Positions 9,359-18,409 of a stretch of 64,000 nucleotides of DNA are shown here, piece by piece; position 1 is the stretch's first letter, and the number at the start of each line of letters is the position of its first letter. Where the stretch lies: positions 56,132 to 120,131 of the forward strand of contig JAUXTH010000002.1 in the NCBI GenBank assembly GCA_030679035.1. Direction: 5' to 3'. The stretch comes from Methylobacter sp. (GTDB lineage: Bacteria > Pseudomonadota > Gammaproteobacteria > Methylococcales > Methylomonadaceae). The translations under genes were made by a program, and so were the position numbers. Under the pieces are notes generated by a model. It searched no databases, was not told where the DNA came from, and worked only from the letters and a program-made list of their open reading frames with translations.

Positions 9359-10420
9359 GTGTTCCCAGTGAACCACCGCCGCACCAGCTCCCGGCTGGTT
9401 TGCGGCATACACACCATTCTTGGCGATCGCCACGCCAGCTCCCGGCTGGCTAGTGGCATACACACCATCCTTGGCGATAAGGCTGTAGCGATTTTTATCG
9501 CCACAGCCTTTTTATCTACACCGCTAGCAGCCCAGCCTTTTGCCTACATTAGCAATCAGTTGGGTGACAGTATATCTGTTATCGATACAGCAACGGGCAG
9601 CGTAGTCGATACCATTGCTGTTGCCGGTAAACCGGCCGGGGTTGCGGTTGCACCTGACGGCAGCCTTATCTATGTCAGTACGCCGGAGGCTAAAGGCTTC
9701 GCCGTCGTCGATACCAAAAAACGCGAAGTCATCGCCAAGGTTGCCGTCAATGACGGCACATTGGGTATAGCGGTTGGCCCGGATGGCAAGCGGATTTATG
9801 TGGCAGATTGGTATAACAATACAGTCTCGGTTATTGATTCCGACAGTTTACAGATAATTAAAACGATAGCAGTCGGCGAATCTCCCTCAGGCCTGGTTGT
9901 CAGCCCTGATAATCGCTGGTTATATGTCGCCAACCGGATCAGTAATTCGGTTTCCCAGATTGACTTGAAAACACTGACCGTTAAGAAAATCGCACCAGTT
10001 GGAACACACCCGTTTGGGCTCACTATTGATGCCAGGGGGGAGCGCATTTATGTCGCCAACGTAAAAAGCGATGATGTCACCGTTGTGGAAACGGCTCGAA
10101 TGAAACCAATTGCCACCATTAAGGTCAATATGCTGCCGTATGCAACAGCGCTGGCGCTGAACGACAGTCGATTATTGGTAACCAACCAGGATGACGGTAC
10201 GGTTTCAGTTGTCGATACCGAAACATTAAAGGAAATTGCCCTGATTACCGTGGGCACTAAACCTGAAGGCATCAGCACTCATCCTGATGATCGGCATGTC
10301 TATGTGGCTAACTGGTTTGACGGTAACGTGTCGGTACTCGATGCCAGAACCCTGAAAGTGATAGCCACCATTAAAACCGGCGAGGGCAGCCGTGCGTTTG
10401 GGCAGTTTATGGGTAAATAA
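9359..10420 (+). CDS. YVTN-family (YncE-like) beta-propeller repeat protein
   Basis: Repeated units of the type P.G(V/L).(V/T)SPDG..(I/L)YVAN....VSVID. The GTG start at 9359 is uncertain; the hydrophobic AIFIATAFLSTPLAAQP looks like a signal-peptide H-region. Confidence 0.75.
   Translation: MFPVNHRRTSSRLVCGIHTILGDRHASSRLASGIHTILGDKAVAIFIATAFLSTPLAAQPFAYISNQLGDSISVIDTATGSVVDTIAVAGKPAGVAVAPDGSLIYVSTPEAKGFAVVDTKKREVIAKVAVNDGTLGIAVGPDGKRIYVADWYNNTVSVIDSDSLQIIKTIAVGESPSGLVVSPDNRWLYVANRISNSVSQIDLKTLTVKKIAPVGTHPFGLTIDARGERIYVANVKSDDVTVVETARMKPIATIKVNMLPYATALALNDSRLLVTNQDDGTVSVVDTETLKEIALITVGTKPEGISTHPDDRHVYVANWFDGNVSVLDARTLKVIATIKTGEGSRAFGQFMGK
9377..9478 (+). repeat. Tandem 51-bp (17-codon) duplication inside the 5' end of the beta-propeller ORF
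   Basis: Copies at 9377..9427 and 9428..9478 are identical at 45 of 51 positions by my count. They encode RRTSSRLVCGIHTILGD / RHASSRLASGIHTILGD. Confidence 0.8.
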
Positions 10421-10424
10421 TTCG

Positions 10425-10589
10425 GTAACTATTAATAGAACACGGATGCCAAAAGTAGGCGCCTCTAGGCGACGCAGATTGGACGGATTTACGCGGATTT
10501 TTAAAAAGCCGAAACCAAATTTGCTATGCGCTTTTTAATCAGTGTTTATCAGCCTAATCCGTGTCATCCGTGTTCCATTTCTAATAGTT
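10425..10589. mobile_element. MITE/REP-like element with imperfect terminal inverted repeats (GTAACTATT..GAACACGGATG family)
   Basis: The left end is GGTAACTATTAATAGAACACGGATG. The reverse complement of the right end is AACTATTAGAAATGGAACACGGATG. The interior holds further CGGAT(T/G) repeats. It starts 5 nt after the stop of the upstream gene. Confidence 0.5.
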
Positions 10590-12001
10590 TTAATACAAAC
10601 CGCCCTCCAAATCCTCTCATAAAAATGCCCTCTCCAAACCAACTGATTGCCCCTCTTCCTTATTTCGCCGACAGTGCGGAGCTGTTTGCCGTTTGCGCAG
10701 ATAAGCCTTGGGCTGTTTTTCTGGATAGCGGATTTCCTCACAGCAATCAGGGTCGATACGACATTATTGCGGCTGAGCCGGTGTGTACCCTGGTTACACA
10801 TGGCGAGATGACCGAGATTACTCGTGACGGAGTGACGCAAAAATCAACTGAAAATCCGTTCGATTTGGTTAAGCAACAGCTTTGTCAGTTCCCAAGCTTT
10901 AAGCGGGATGACTTGCCGTTCAACGGCGGAGCGATCGGCTATTTTTCCTATGATTTGGTTCGCCGATTGGAAGCGTTGCCGGCGACAGCCCAAGATGCTG
11001 AACATATCGCCGAAATGGCCGTAGGGATATACCAGTGGGCAGTCATCGTCGATCATCACCGGCAAAAAAGTTATCTGGTTGGACATTGCGACCAGCAAAA
11101 ATGGCAAGACTTAATCAATCAGTTCAGCCATAAACCGGCAAAGCAGGATGAACATCTGTTTAAGGTGATCGGCGAGACTAAATCCAATATGGGCAAGGAG
11201 GCCTATGTCCGTGCATTTAACAGGATCAAGCATTACCTTAGGGAAGGCGATTGTTATCAGGTGAATCTGGCGCAACGGTTTGCAGCCAGCTGCGAGGGCG
11301 ATCCGTGGACTGCCTATCAAGCCTTGCGCAAATTAAATGCAGCCCCGTTCAGTTGCTATCTTAATCTGCCCGAAGTGCAGATTTTAAGCTCATCCCCGGA
11401 ACGTTTTTTAAAGCTGACCGATGGCGTGGTAGAGACCAAGCCAATTAAAGGGACGCGGCCAAGAAAAACCGATTACGCGGAAGACCGGCAGCAAATAGAA
11501 AACCTGGAAGCCAGCAACAAAGACCGGGCTGAAAACCTGATGATCGTTGATTTGCTCAGGAATGACATCAGTAAAACCTGCAAAAAAGGGTCAGTCAAAG
11601 TGCCCAAGTTGTTCGATGTGGAAAGCTACGCCACCGTCCATCATCTGGTCAGCACCGTAACCGGCCTACTGGCGGATAATCAGCACGCGTTGGATTTGCT
11701 AAAAAGCTGTTTTCCGGGCGGATCGATTACCGGTGCGCCTAAGATCAGGGCCATGGAAATCATCGAAGAGCTCGAACCCAACAGGCGCGGCGTTTATTGC
11801 GGAGCTATCGGCTACATCGGTTTTGACGGCAATATGGATACCAATATTGCTATCAGAACGTTGGTGCATTCGGAAAACACCATTCGTTTCTGGGCCGGTG
11901 GCGGCATCGTTAATGATTCCGTAGCCGAAGATGAATACCAGGAAAGTTTTGACAAGGCTGCGGCCATGCTCGATTTATTGCGGCAATTTACGGCTAGGTA
12001 A
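10526..12001 (+). CDS. pabB: Aminodeoxychorismate synthase component I
   Basis: Chorismate-binding family motifs (SSSPERFL, GGSITGAPK, RGVYCGAIGY). The true start is probably the ATG at 10625 (MPSPNQLIAPLPYF), because the first 33 codons lie in the repeat element. Confidence 0.85.
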   Translation: MRFLISVYQPNPCHPCSISNSFNTNRPPNPLIKMPSPNQLIAPLPYFADSAELFAVCADKPWAVFLDSGFPHSNQGRYDIIAAEPVCTLVTHGEMTEITRDGVTQKSTENPFDLVKQQLCQFPSFKRDDLPFNGGAIGYFSYDLVRRLEALPATAQDAEHIAEMAVGIYQWAVIVDHHRQKSYLVGHCDQQKWQDLINQFSHKPAKQDEHLFKVIGETKSNMGKEAYVRAFNRIKHYLREGDCYQVNLAQRFAASCEGDPWTAYQALRKLNAAPFSCYLNLPEVQILSSSPERFLKLTDGVVETKPIKGTRPRKTDYAEDRQQIENLEASNKDRAENLMIVDLLRNDISKTCKKGSVKVPKLFDVESYATVHHLVSTVTGLLADNQHALDLLKSCFPGGSITGAPKIRAMEIIEELEPNRRGVYCGAIGYIGFDGNMDTNIAIRTLVHSENTIRFWAGGGIVNDSVAEDEYQESFDKAAAMLDLLRQFTAR

Positions 12002-12594
12002 TGCGCCACTTAATCGCCACGGACGACATGATTATCATCAAACTGGGCGGCAGCCTATCCCGCTCAGATACCCTTGTTGACTGCCTGAATGCGGCGGAGA
12101 AAAACTATCAGGGCAGGGCGGTGGTCATTGTCCCCGGTGGCGGCGCGTTTGCCGACCAGGTCAGGCTGGCGCAGCAGCACTGGCAATTTGACGATACCAC
12201 CGCTCATCACATGGCCCTCTTAGCCATGCAGCAAATGGCCTTGCTGTTCAAAGGACTTAAACCCGATTTTGTTATTGCCGATACCGTCGCGGCGATTAAA
12301 GACCAACTAGTTCAGAAAAAAACCGTCATCTGGTCGCCGAATATAATTGAACTTGATAGTGCAGGCATACCGGCAAGCTGGGATATAACCTCAGACAGCC
12401 TCGCGGCATGGCTAGCCAATACCCTTTTGGCAGCCGAACTTGTCCTGATAAAATCAGCCGCTATTGATAGCGGCCTTAGCCTGCAACAACTCGCAGAACA
12501 AAACATAGTCGATAAAGCTTTTTGCTATTTTGTTGGGCAAGCGGCGTTTAAAATACAGATTATTGATGCACAAAGCTTAGGGACTAGGTTATAG
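12001..12594 (+). CDS. Amino-acid-kinase-family protein (small uridylate-kinase-like type, as linked to methanopterin biosynthesis in methylotrophs)
   Basis: IIKLGGSL and VIVPGGGAFAD nucleotide-binding motifs. TAATG overlap with pabB. The functional link is from memory of methylotroph gene clusters. Confidence 0.55.
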   Translation: MRHLIATDDMIIIKLGGSLSRSDTLVDCLNAAEKNYQGRAVVIVPGGGAFADQVRLAQQHWQFDDTTAHHMALLAMQQMALLFKGLKPDFVIADTVAAIKDQLVQKKTVIWSPNIIELDSAGIPASWDITSDSLAAWLANTLLAAELVLIKSAAIDSGLSLQQLAEQNIVDKAFCYFVGQAAFKIQIIDAQSLGTRL

Positions 12595-12740
12595 GCCGTA
12601 CCGTATCCATGATGTTGGCAAAAACGCATTTTATCACCATGGCTACCGTCCCCGCAGCGATCTCGGCGGTATTCCGCTGCCTGATCGGCAGCTCACTGGC
12701 AGGAATTTGGGTTAGAAGAGAGTAACTGGTCATGCCAAAG

Positions 12741-12775
12741 TTACCCACATTTTCTGTGGATAACTTTGTGTATAA
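12741..12775. promoter_or_regulatory. Cluster of three DnaA-box-like 9-mers
   Basis: TTACCCACA (12741..12749, + strand, 8/9), TTATCCACA (complement of 12755..12763, 9/9) and TTATACACA (complement of 12767..12775, an R2-type box). A further TTTTCCACA lies on the complement of 12979..12987. Confidence 0.4.
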
Positions 12776-13292
12776 GCTGAAAATAAATGTCCTAACCCAT
12801 CACTTCTTAAGCTTTTTTGTTAGATCGGCCAGATTGTGCTCAATGGCTGGAGGCATATGGTCGTAGTTTTAACTATCAATGACTTAGGATGGGTTGGGAT
12901 GATTTTATTAGGGTTTTTTTATAGCTGGAGTGAGGTCTTGCGGCTATGCTGCTGAACCAAAATTATATTGCAGCTGGCTGTGGAAAAGGCTTTTGCGGAT
13001 ATTTGATGTCAAGTCTTTTCTTAAAATATGATTAGGCTTGAGCATTCACTCAACGGCTCAAAATTATCGTCTAGGGTATTTTGGTGCGGCGGGATTCTAT
13101 TAGTAATAGAGAGTGCAAACAAGGAGGTTGGTAACAAGAGTTTTGCAGCCTCAAAAAATGATATTTTGATGATGCCAAGGTTGCTAGCCATTGGGGGCGA
13201 CCGGTAATGCGGGTCGCCCAGATAGCTCAGCTATATTCCTGCGTTGATGCTGCTAATGCAGTTAAAGAATGGGGGCTTGCGCTGTTAATGTT

Positions 13293-13559
13293 TCAATGGC
13301 GCCTGCCATTTTTACCGGCAGTCGTATCTTCGAATTTAACTTTTAATGGTTTTCCGCAATATAGATTGCCGTCTAATGCGGCTATCGCGGCTCTTGCTTC
13401 GTGACCTTCCATGCCGATAAAGCCGAAGCCCCGGCATTTTCCGCTAAATATATCGGAAACAAGCTGAATGGAGCGGACTTTGCCGTATTCAGAAAATAAA
13501 GCCTGTACAGTTTCTTCAGTGGCTTCGCTAGGTAAGTTTCCTACAAAAATTCGTTTCAA
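13293..13559 (-). CDS. RRM-type RNA-binding protein
   Basis: RNP2 IFVGNL and RNP1 RGFGFIGM motifs. 88 aa. Confidence 0.85.
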   Translation of the reverse strand: MKRIFVGNLPSEATEETVQALFSEYGKVRSIQLVSDIFSGKCRGFGFIGMEGHEARAAIAALDGNLYCGKPLKVKFEDTTAGKNGRRH

Positions 13560-13668
13560 AAGACATGTCCTAAATTAGGGGGTGAGTTGATTGGCCGGGC
13601 GAACCGGTTATATGCCACAACCCCGTGTAGATTGAACGCGGGGTTGGGTGTCAGAAAGTAAGGCTGTT

Positions 13669-13875
13669 TTAAGCTGAGCTTACTTGTGATGCTTGTGGGC
13701 CTTTAGGGCCTGATTCTACGTCGTACTTAACCGCTTGGCCTTCAGCCAATGTGCGGTAACCGCCGTCGCTGGCGATTGCAGAAAAGTGTACAAACACGTC
13801 TGCGCTGCCATCGCTAGGCGAAATAAAACCGAAACCTTTAGACTCGTTAAACCACTTAACAGTACCTGTTGCCAT
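13669..13875 (-). CDS. Cold-shock protein (CspA family)
   Basis: [28 protein letters not shown] is a canonical CSD with RNP1/RNP2. The ATG at 13875 gives a 68-aa protein. About 200 nt of untranslated leader lies upstream, as is typical for csp genes. Confidence 0.92.
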   Translation of the reverse strand: MATGTVKWFNESKGFGFISPSDGSADVFVHFSAIASDGGYRTLAEGQAVKYDVESGPKGPQASQVSSA

Positions 13876-14117
13876 AAAATTACCTATATAAATCAATGAA
13901 AAATGTTTGATTGCAAATCATGCCTGGCAATTTTAAAGAGAAAAGCGAATGGAATTTCTGAAAAGTGCTGAATAACATGCAAAACTTACAGTAGAAGTCT
14001 CACGTTTGTGTGGAGTTCTGTCTACTGTGCCTTGCATTATAGAGGCTAATGCTTAGTATAGCCATTGAAATTTAGCAGGCGGCATTTTGTAGGGGACAAG
14101 GCGTGATCGATAAGCCG

Positions 14118-14396
14118 CTAATGATAGTGTCTACGGCCAAAGTTATTGTGACGACTGTTTCCGTCGTTAAAGTGATGATCATCATGATGGTGACGATGTG
14201 AAGAATAGGCGTTACCTCGGCCATAGCCGTTATCATAATAACGCGGCCTTTCGCCATACTGGTTTCTGTGCATAATGTATCCGCTGTCGTAAGCGTCATG
14301 GCCGGAATAATATGAATACCGCTGTGGATAATGGACACAAGCGGAGAGCAGCAGCGCAAAACTGACCAACAGCATTTTTTTGATGATCGAATTCAT
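14118..14396 (-). CDS. Small His/Tyr/Arg/Gly-rich lipoprotein
   Basis: MNSIIKKMLLVSFALLLSAC lipobox followed by a low-complexity tail (..SSHRHHHDDHHFNDGNSRHNNFGRRHYH). The start is moved to the ATG at 14396. Confidence 0.5.
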   Translation of the reverse strand: MNSIIKKMLLVSFALLLSACVHYPQRYSYYSGHDAYDSGYIMHRNQYGERPRYYDNGYGRGNAYSSHRHHHDDHHFNDGNSRHNNFGRRHYH

Positions 14397-14501
14397 TTTT
14401 ATAGCCCGTGACAGTTGACCTGTGCTAAATAATATCGGTAGATCGCTGAACGCAGAATGAATCGAGCCGGTAAACACACTGACATAACAAGAAGGAATAG
14501 C

Positions 14502-15872
14502 ATGAAATACCCCGTAGTTGACGCTCGTATCACCCCTGAAGGCCGCTTGGATGTATTGTCCAAGGCTGAAGTCACCAAACTGCTTGATACCAGTCAGGGC
14601 GGCTTGTACCGTCTGTTTCGCAATTGCTCGCTTGCGGTATTAAATTGCGGCAGCACCTTGGATGACGGCAAGGAATTGCTGGAGCGCTATCCCGATTTTG
14701 AGGTACGCGTCGTTCAGGAACAGCGTGGTATTAAGCTGGAGGTTAAGTCCGCCCCCGCCCACGCCTTTGTCGACGGCATAATGATCAGAGGCATCAATGA
14801 ACATTTGTTTGCGGTGCTGCGCGACATTATTTATGTCAGTGACGAGATCAATAATAATCCGATGTTTGACCTGAACACCTCGGACGGCATCAGCAGCGCC
14901 GTATTTCATATCTTGCGCAACGCCAAAATTTTGCGACCGATGACTATGCCAAAACTGGTGGTATGTTGGGGCGGGCATTCAATCAGCCGCAAGGAATATG
15001 ATTACACTAAGGTAGTCGGTCACGAGATGGGACTACGCGGCCTGGATATTTGCACCGGCTGCGGGCCGGGTGCGATGAAAGGGCCGATGAAAGGGGCGAC
15101 CATCGGTCACGCCAAGCAGCGGATCAAACACGGCCAGTATTTAGGGATAACCGAACCCGGCATTATTGCCGCCGAATCGCCTAACCCGATTGTCAATGAG
15201 CTGGTAATCCTGCCGGATATTGAAAAACGCCTGGAGGCCTTTGTCCGTACCGGGCATGGTATCGTGGTGTTCCCCGGCGGTGCGGGTACGGCTGAGGAAA
15301 TACTTTATATATTGGGCATATTGCTGCATCCCGATAATGAAGACATGCCGTTTCCTCTGATATTTACCGGCCCGGACTGTTCAGGGGATTATTTCAGGGA
15401 AATCGATCGGTTTATTGCCGGCACCTTAGGCGAATCAGCGCAGCAGCGTTACCAAATCATTATTGATGATCCCGTGCTGGTGGCTCAAGAAATGCAGGCG
15501 GGCATTCAGCAGGTGCGGCAATTTCGCAAAGAAAAAGGCGATGCTTATTATTTCAACTGGCAGCTTAAGATCGACCATGTATTTCAGCAGCCGTTTATCC
15601 CCACCCATGACAACATGAGAAATCTGGCTCTGCATAAAGAGCAGGAAAATCATCGGCTAGCCGCCAACCTGCGCCGTGTGTTTTCCGGCATTGTGGCAGG
15701 CAACGTAAAAGACGAGGGCATACGCGCGATCGAACAATACGGCCATTTCGAAATTTGCGGCGATGAGGAGATCATGGCGCTGATGGATTCCCTGTTGGCT
15801 TCATTTGTCGAGCAACACCGGATGAAATTGCCGGGTAAGAAATATGTGCCGTGTTATAAGATTATCAAATAA
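14502..15872 (+). CDS. ppnN: Nucleotide 5'-monophosphate nucleosidase PpnN (LOG-family, YgdH-like)
   Basis: Near-collinear similarity to remembered E. coli PpnN (LFRNCSLAVLN, VVCWGGHSI, CTGCGPGAMKGPMKGA, PGGAGTAEE, RRVFSGIVAGNVK, HRMKLPG). ATG at 14502 with a GAAGGA SD. Confidence 0.85.
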   Translation: MKYPVVDARITPEGRLDVLSKAEVTKLLDTSQGGLYRLFRNCSLAVLNCGSTLDDGKELLERYPDFEVRVVQEQRGIKLEVKSAPAHAFVDGIMIRGINEHLFAVLRDIIYVSDEINNNPMFDLNTSDGISSAVFHILRNAKILRPMTMPKLVVCWGGHSISRKEYDYTKVVGHEMGLRGLDICTGCGPGAMKGPMKGATIGHAKQRIKHGQYLGITEPGIIAAESPNPIVNELVILPDIEKRLEAFVRTGHGIVVFPGGAGTAEEILYILGILLHPDNEDMPFPLIFTGPDCSGDYFREIDRFIAGTLGESAQQRYQIIIDDPVLVAQEMQAGIQQVRQFRKEKGDAYYFNWQLKIDHVFQQPFIPTHDNMRNLALHKEQENHRLAANLRRVFSGIVAGNVKDEGIRAIEQYGHFEICGDEEIMALMDSLLASFVEQHRMKLPGKKYVPCYKIIK

Positions 15873-15894
15873 TGGAATGTATTTTTAATCGTTC

Positions 15895-18237
15895 ATGAAA
15901 GTCATCCTGGCCGAAAAGCCTTCAGTCGCCCGCGACATAGCCAAATGCCTGAGTATCAACAACAAGCGCGACGGCTATTTTGAGGGCAATGGCTATCAAA
16001 TCACTTGGGCGTTCGGCCATCTGGTCGAATTGAAAGAACCGGATGAATATGACCCGGCTTGGAAACGCTGGACTTTGGAATCCCTGCCGATTATCCCCGA
16101 ACAGTTTGGCTTAAAAGCCAGGGGCGATGCCTCTGCGCAAAAGCAGCTGAACACCATCAAGCGCTTGTTCAAGGCTGCTGACGAAATCATCTGCGCGACT
16201 GATGCGGGACGGGAAGGGGAGTTGATATTCAGGTACATTTTGTCCTGGACGGAGTGCGTGCAAAAACCGTTTAAACGCCTGTGGATCAGTTCCCTAACCG
16301 ACGATGCGATACGTAAAGGCTTTGCCCGGTTGCAGGAAGGCCGTGCTTACGACGGACTTTATCGCGCCGCCAAATGCCGTAGCGAATCGGACTGGATCGT
16401 CGGCTTAAATGCCACGCGGCTTTATACGCTGAAGTTCGGCCAGCAAGGCAGCTTATGGACGATAGGCCGGGTGCAAACGCCGGTGCTGGCGCTGATCGTG
16501 CAAAAAGATTCGGAGATCAGCAATTTCGTAGCCAAAGATTTTTGGGAATTGCATACCCTGTACCGGGACGCCGATTTTCAGTATGCCGGCGGACGGTTTG
16601 ATCACAAAGCCGATGCGGAAGCCCTGCTCAGTCAGATTGAGGGACGGGATTTTCAGGTTACCGAGGTCAAGGGCAAGAAGGAAACGCTCAGCCCGCCGTT
16701 ATTGTACGATTTGACCGATCTGCAAAAAGACATGAGCATCCGCCACGGCCTGACTGCCGATCAAACCTTAAGCGCTGCCCAACAGTTGTACGAGAAAAAA
16801 CATGTCACCTATCCGCGTACCGACAGCCGTTATTTAACCAACGACATGAAGCCGGGCATGAAGCCTTTGTTGATCAAATTACGGGCTAAATTTGAGCAGC
16901 AGATTGAATCGCTCGATCTGGATAAACTGACACTGAGCAGCCGCATCTTCAATGACGCCAAAGTCTCCGATCACCATGCGATCATCCCCACGACAGCATT
17001 GCCGGGTTCACTGTCCGGTAATGAGGCTAAAGTCTACGAAGCGATAGCCTTGCGGTTTATTGCGGCGTTTTATCCGCCTTGCATCAAGCAAATCACTACC
17101 GTCCTGGGCAGCGTTTGCCCGAACGGCCAGGCCGGCGCAGTAAAATTCAAAACCACCGGCACGATGATCGAATCGCCAGGCTGGCAGGTGTTGTACAAAA
17201 ACGATGCCTCAAGCCAGTCCGATAAAACTCAAAAAATCCTGCCCAACTTTGTCCAAGGCGAAACCGGCCCGCAGCAGCCGTCGATAAACCAGGGCAAAAC
17301 CACGCCGCCCAAGCCCTACAACGAAGCAAGCCTGCTCGGCATCATGGAATCGGCCGGCAAAACCTGCGACGACGAACAACTCAAAGAAGCGTTAAAAGAA
17401 AAAGGCCTTGGCACACCGGCAACCCGAGCCTCGATTATCGAAGTGCTAATCAAACGAAACTACATCCAGCGGCAAAAGAAAAACCTGCTCAGCACCGAGT
17501 CGGGGCGGCATTTAATCTCCATCATCGCCGACGACCGGTTAAAGTCTGCGGCGATGACCGGCGAATGGGAGGCCAAGCTCAAAAAAATAGAACATAACGA
17601 GTACGACCCCGACCGGTTCATGGCCGAAATCATCCAGTTTACCCAAAAAATCAAAGATGAATCAGATCGGCCGCAGTACGATCAAAGCCGTTTCGGCGAC
17701 TGCCCGCTGTGCGGACAGCCCGTTATCGAAGGCAGAAAAGGCTACGGTTGCAGCGACTGGAAAGCCGGTTGCCAGTTTGTGTTATGGAAAGAAATTTATG
17801 GTGTGCCGGTCACTCGTGATATGGCCTGCCAGTTGCTGCAAAACAGCCGAACCCTGCATAGTTACGCGGTTAAGTTAAACGACGAAGTGTTCAATGCCCA
17901 AATGACTCTCAACAAACAGGGTGAGACAGACTATGTCAAAGCCGAGTCGAGTCATCGGCCCTCCATTACTGAAGCCCTTGCCGATTGCCCGCTGTGCAAC
18001 GGCAAAATCGTTGAAACTGTAAAAGCCTACAGCTGTAGCGAATGGCGTAGCGGTTGCAAAATGACAATCTGGAAAACCGTCGCGCATAAAAAAATCAGCA
18101 TAGCGATGGCCAAAAAACTACTCAGCAACGGTGAGACGGGGCTGATGAAAGGCTTTAAATCCGGCAAAGGTACCGAGTTTGAAGCCAACCTGAAACTGGT
18201 CAATGGTAAGGTTGAAATGGATTTTGCAGGGCGTTAA
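15895..18237 (+). CDS. topB: DNA topoisomerase III with duplicated C-terminal zinc-ribbon-like repeats
   Basis: Toprim N-terminus MKVILAEKPSVARDIA. Active-site region TYPRTDSRYL. Two repeats of the type CP(L)CG..V....K.Y.CS.W..GC...(L/I)WK. Confidence 0.9.
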   Translation: MKVILAEKPSVARDIAKCLSINNKRDGYFEGNGYQITWAFGHLVELKEPDEYDPAWKRWTLESLPIIPEQFGLKARGDASAQKQLNTIKRLFKAADEIICATDAGREGELIFRYILSWTECVQKPFKRLWISSLTDDAIRKGFARLQEGRAYDGLYRAAKCRSESDWIVGLNATRLYTLKFGQQGSLWTIGRVQTPVLALIVQKDSEISNFVAKDFWELHTLYRDADFQYAGGRFDHKADAEALLSQIEGRDFQVTEVKGKKETLSPPLLYDLTDLQKDMSIRHGLTADQTLSAAQQLYEKKHVTYPRTDSRYLTNDMKPGMKPLLIKLRAKFEQQIESLDLDKLTLSSRIFNDAKVSDHHAIIPTTALPGSLSGNEAKVYEAIALRFIAAFYPPCIKQITTVLGSVCPNGQAGAVKFKTTGTMIESPGWQVLYKNDASSQSDKTQKILPNFVQGETGPQQPSINQGKTTPPKPYNEASLLGIMESAGKTCDDEQLKEALKEKGLGTPATRASIIEVLIKRNYIQRQKKNLLSTESGRHLISIIADDRLKSAAMTGEWEAKLKKIEHNEYDPDRFMAEIIQFTQKIKDESDRPQYDQSRFGDCPLCGQPVIEGRKGYGCSDWKAGCQFVLWKEIYGVPVTRDMACQLLQNSRTLHSYAVKLNDEVFNAQMTLNKQGETDYVKAESSHRPSITEALADCPLCNGKIVETVKAYSCSEWRSGCKMTIWKTVAHKKISIAMAKKLLSNGETGLMKGFKSGKGTEFEANLKLVNGKVEMDFAGR

Positions 18238-18409
18238 TGGAAATCGGGCGGCATATCCTAATACATATACTTTCCCAAGGGGCAGTGTAATATATACCTA
18301 TCGCATATCAGATTTCGGCATCCTCTTCCTTTTCGATCATAGAGGAGGCTAAAAACCGACGTTGATAAGCAAAAAGTATAAGCTGCCATAAAATGGTAAG
18401 GACTCCAAC

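Noticed and set aside
9481-9514. The hairpin plus T-run annotated as the terminator of the SRPBCC gene.
   Set aside because: It lies inside the only open frame that supplies a signal-peptide-like N-terminus for the beta-propeller protein. I left it unresolved and describe it as a finding instead of a terminator feature.
12741-12987. The DnaA-box cluster as the chromosomal origin (oriC).
   Set aside because: There are only 3-4 boxes. I could identify no AT-rich 13-mer unwinding element, and there are no typical oriC neighbours (dnaA, dnaN, mnmG, rpmH) in the window. I report it as a DnaA-box cluster only.
13213-13232. GCCCAGATAGCTCAGC resembles the 5' end (acceptor stem plus D-arm) of a tRNA.
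   Set aside because: The sequence does not continue into a D-loop, anticodon arm or T-arm, so no cloverleaf can be drawn. It is not a tRNA gene, and 5' fragments are not typical att remnants.
13618-13646. Hairpin CAACCCCG..CGGGGTTG downstream of the csp gene, considered as a terminator.
   Set aside because: The stem is plausible, but no U-tract follows on the minus strand. That is too weak to list as a feature.
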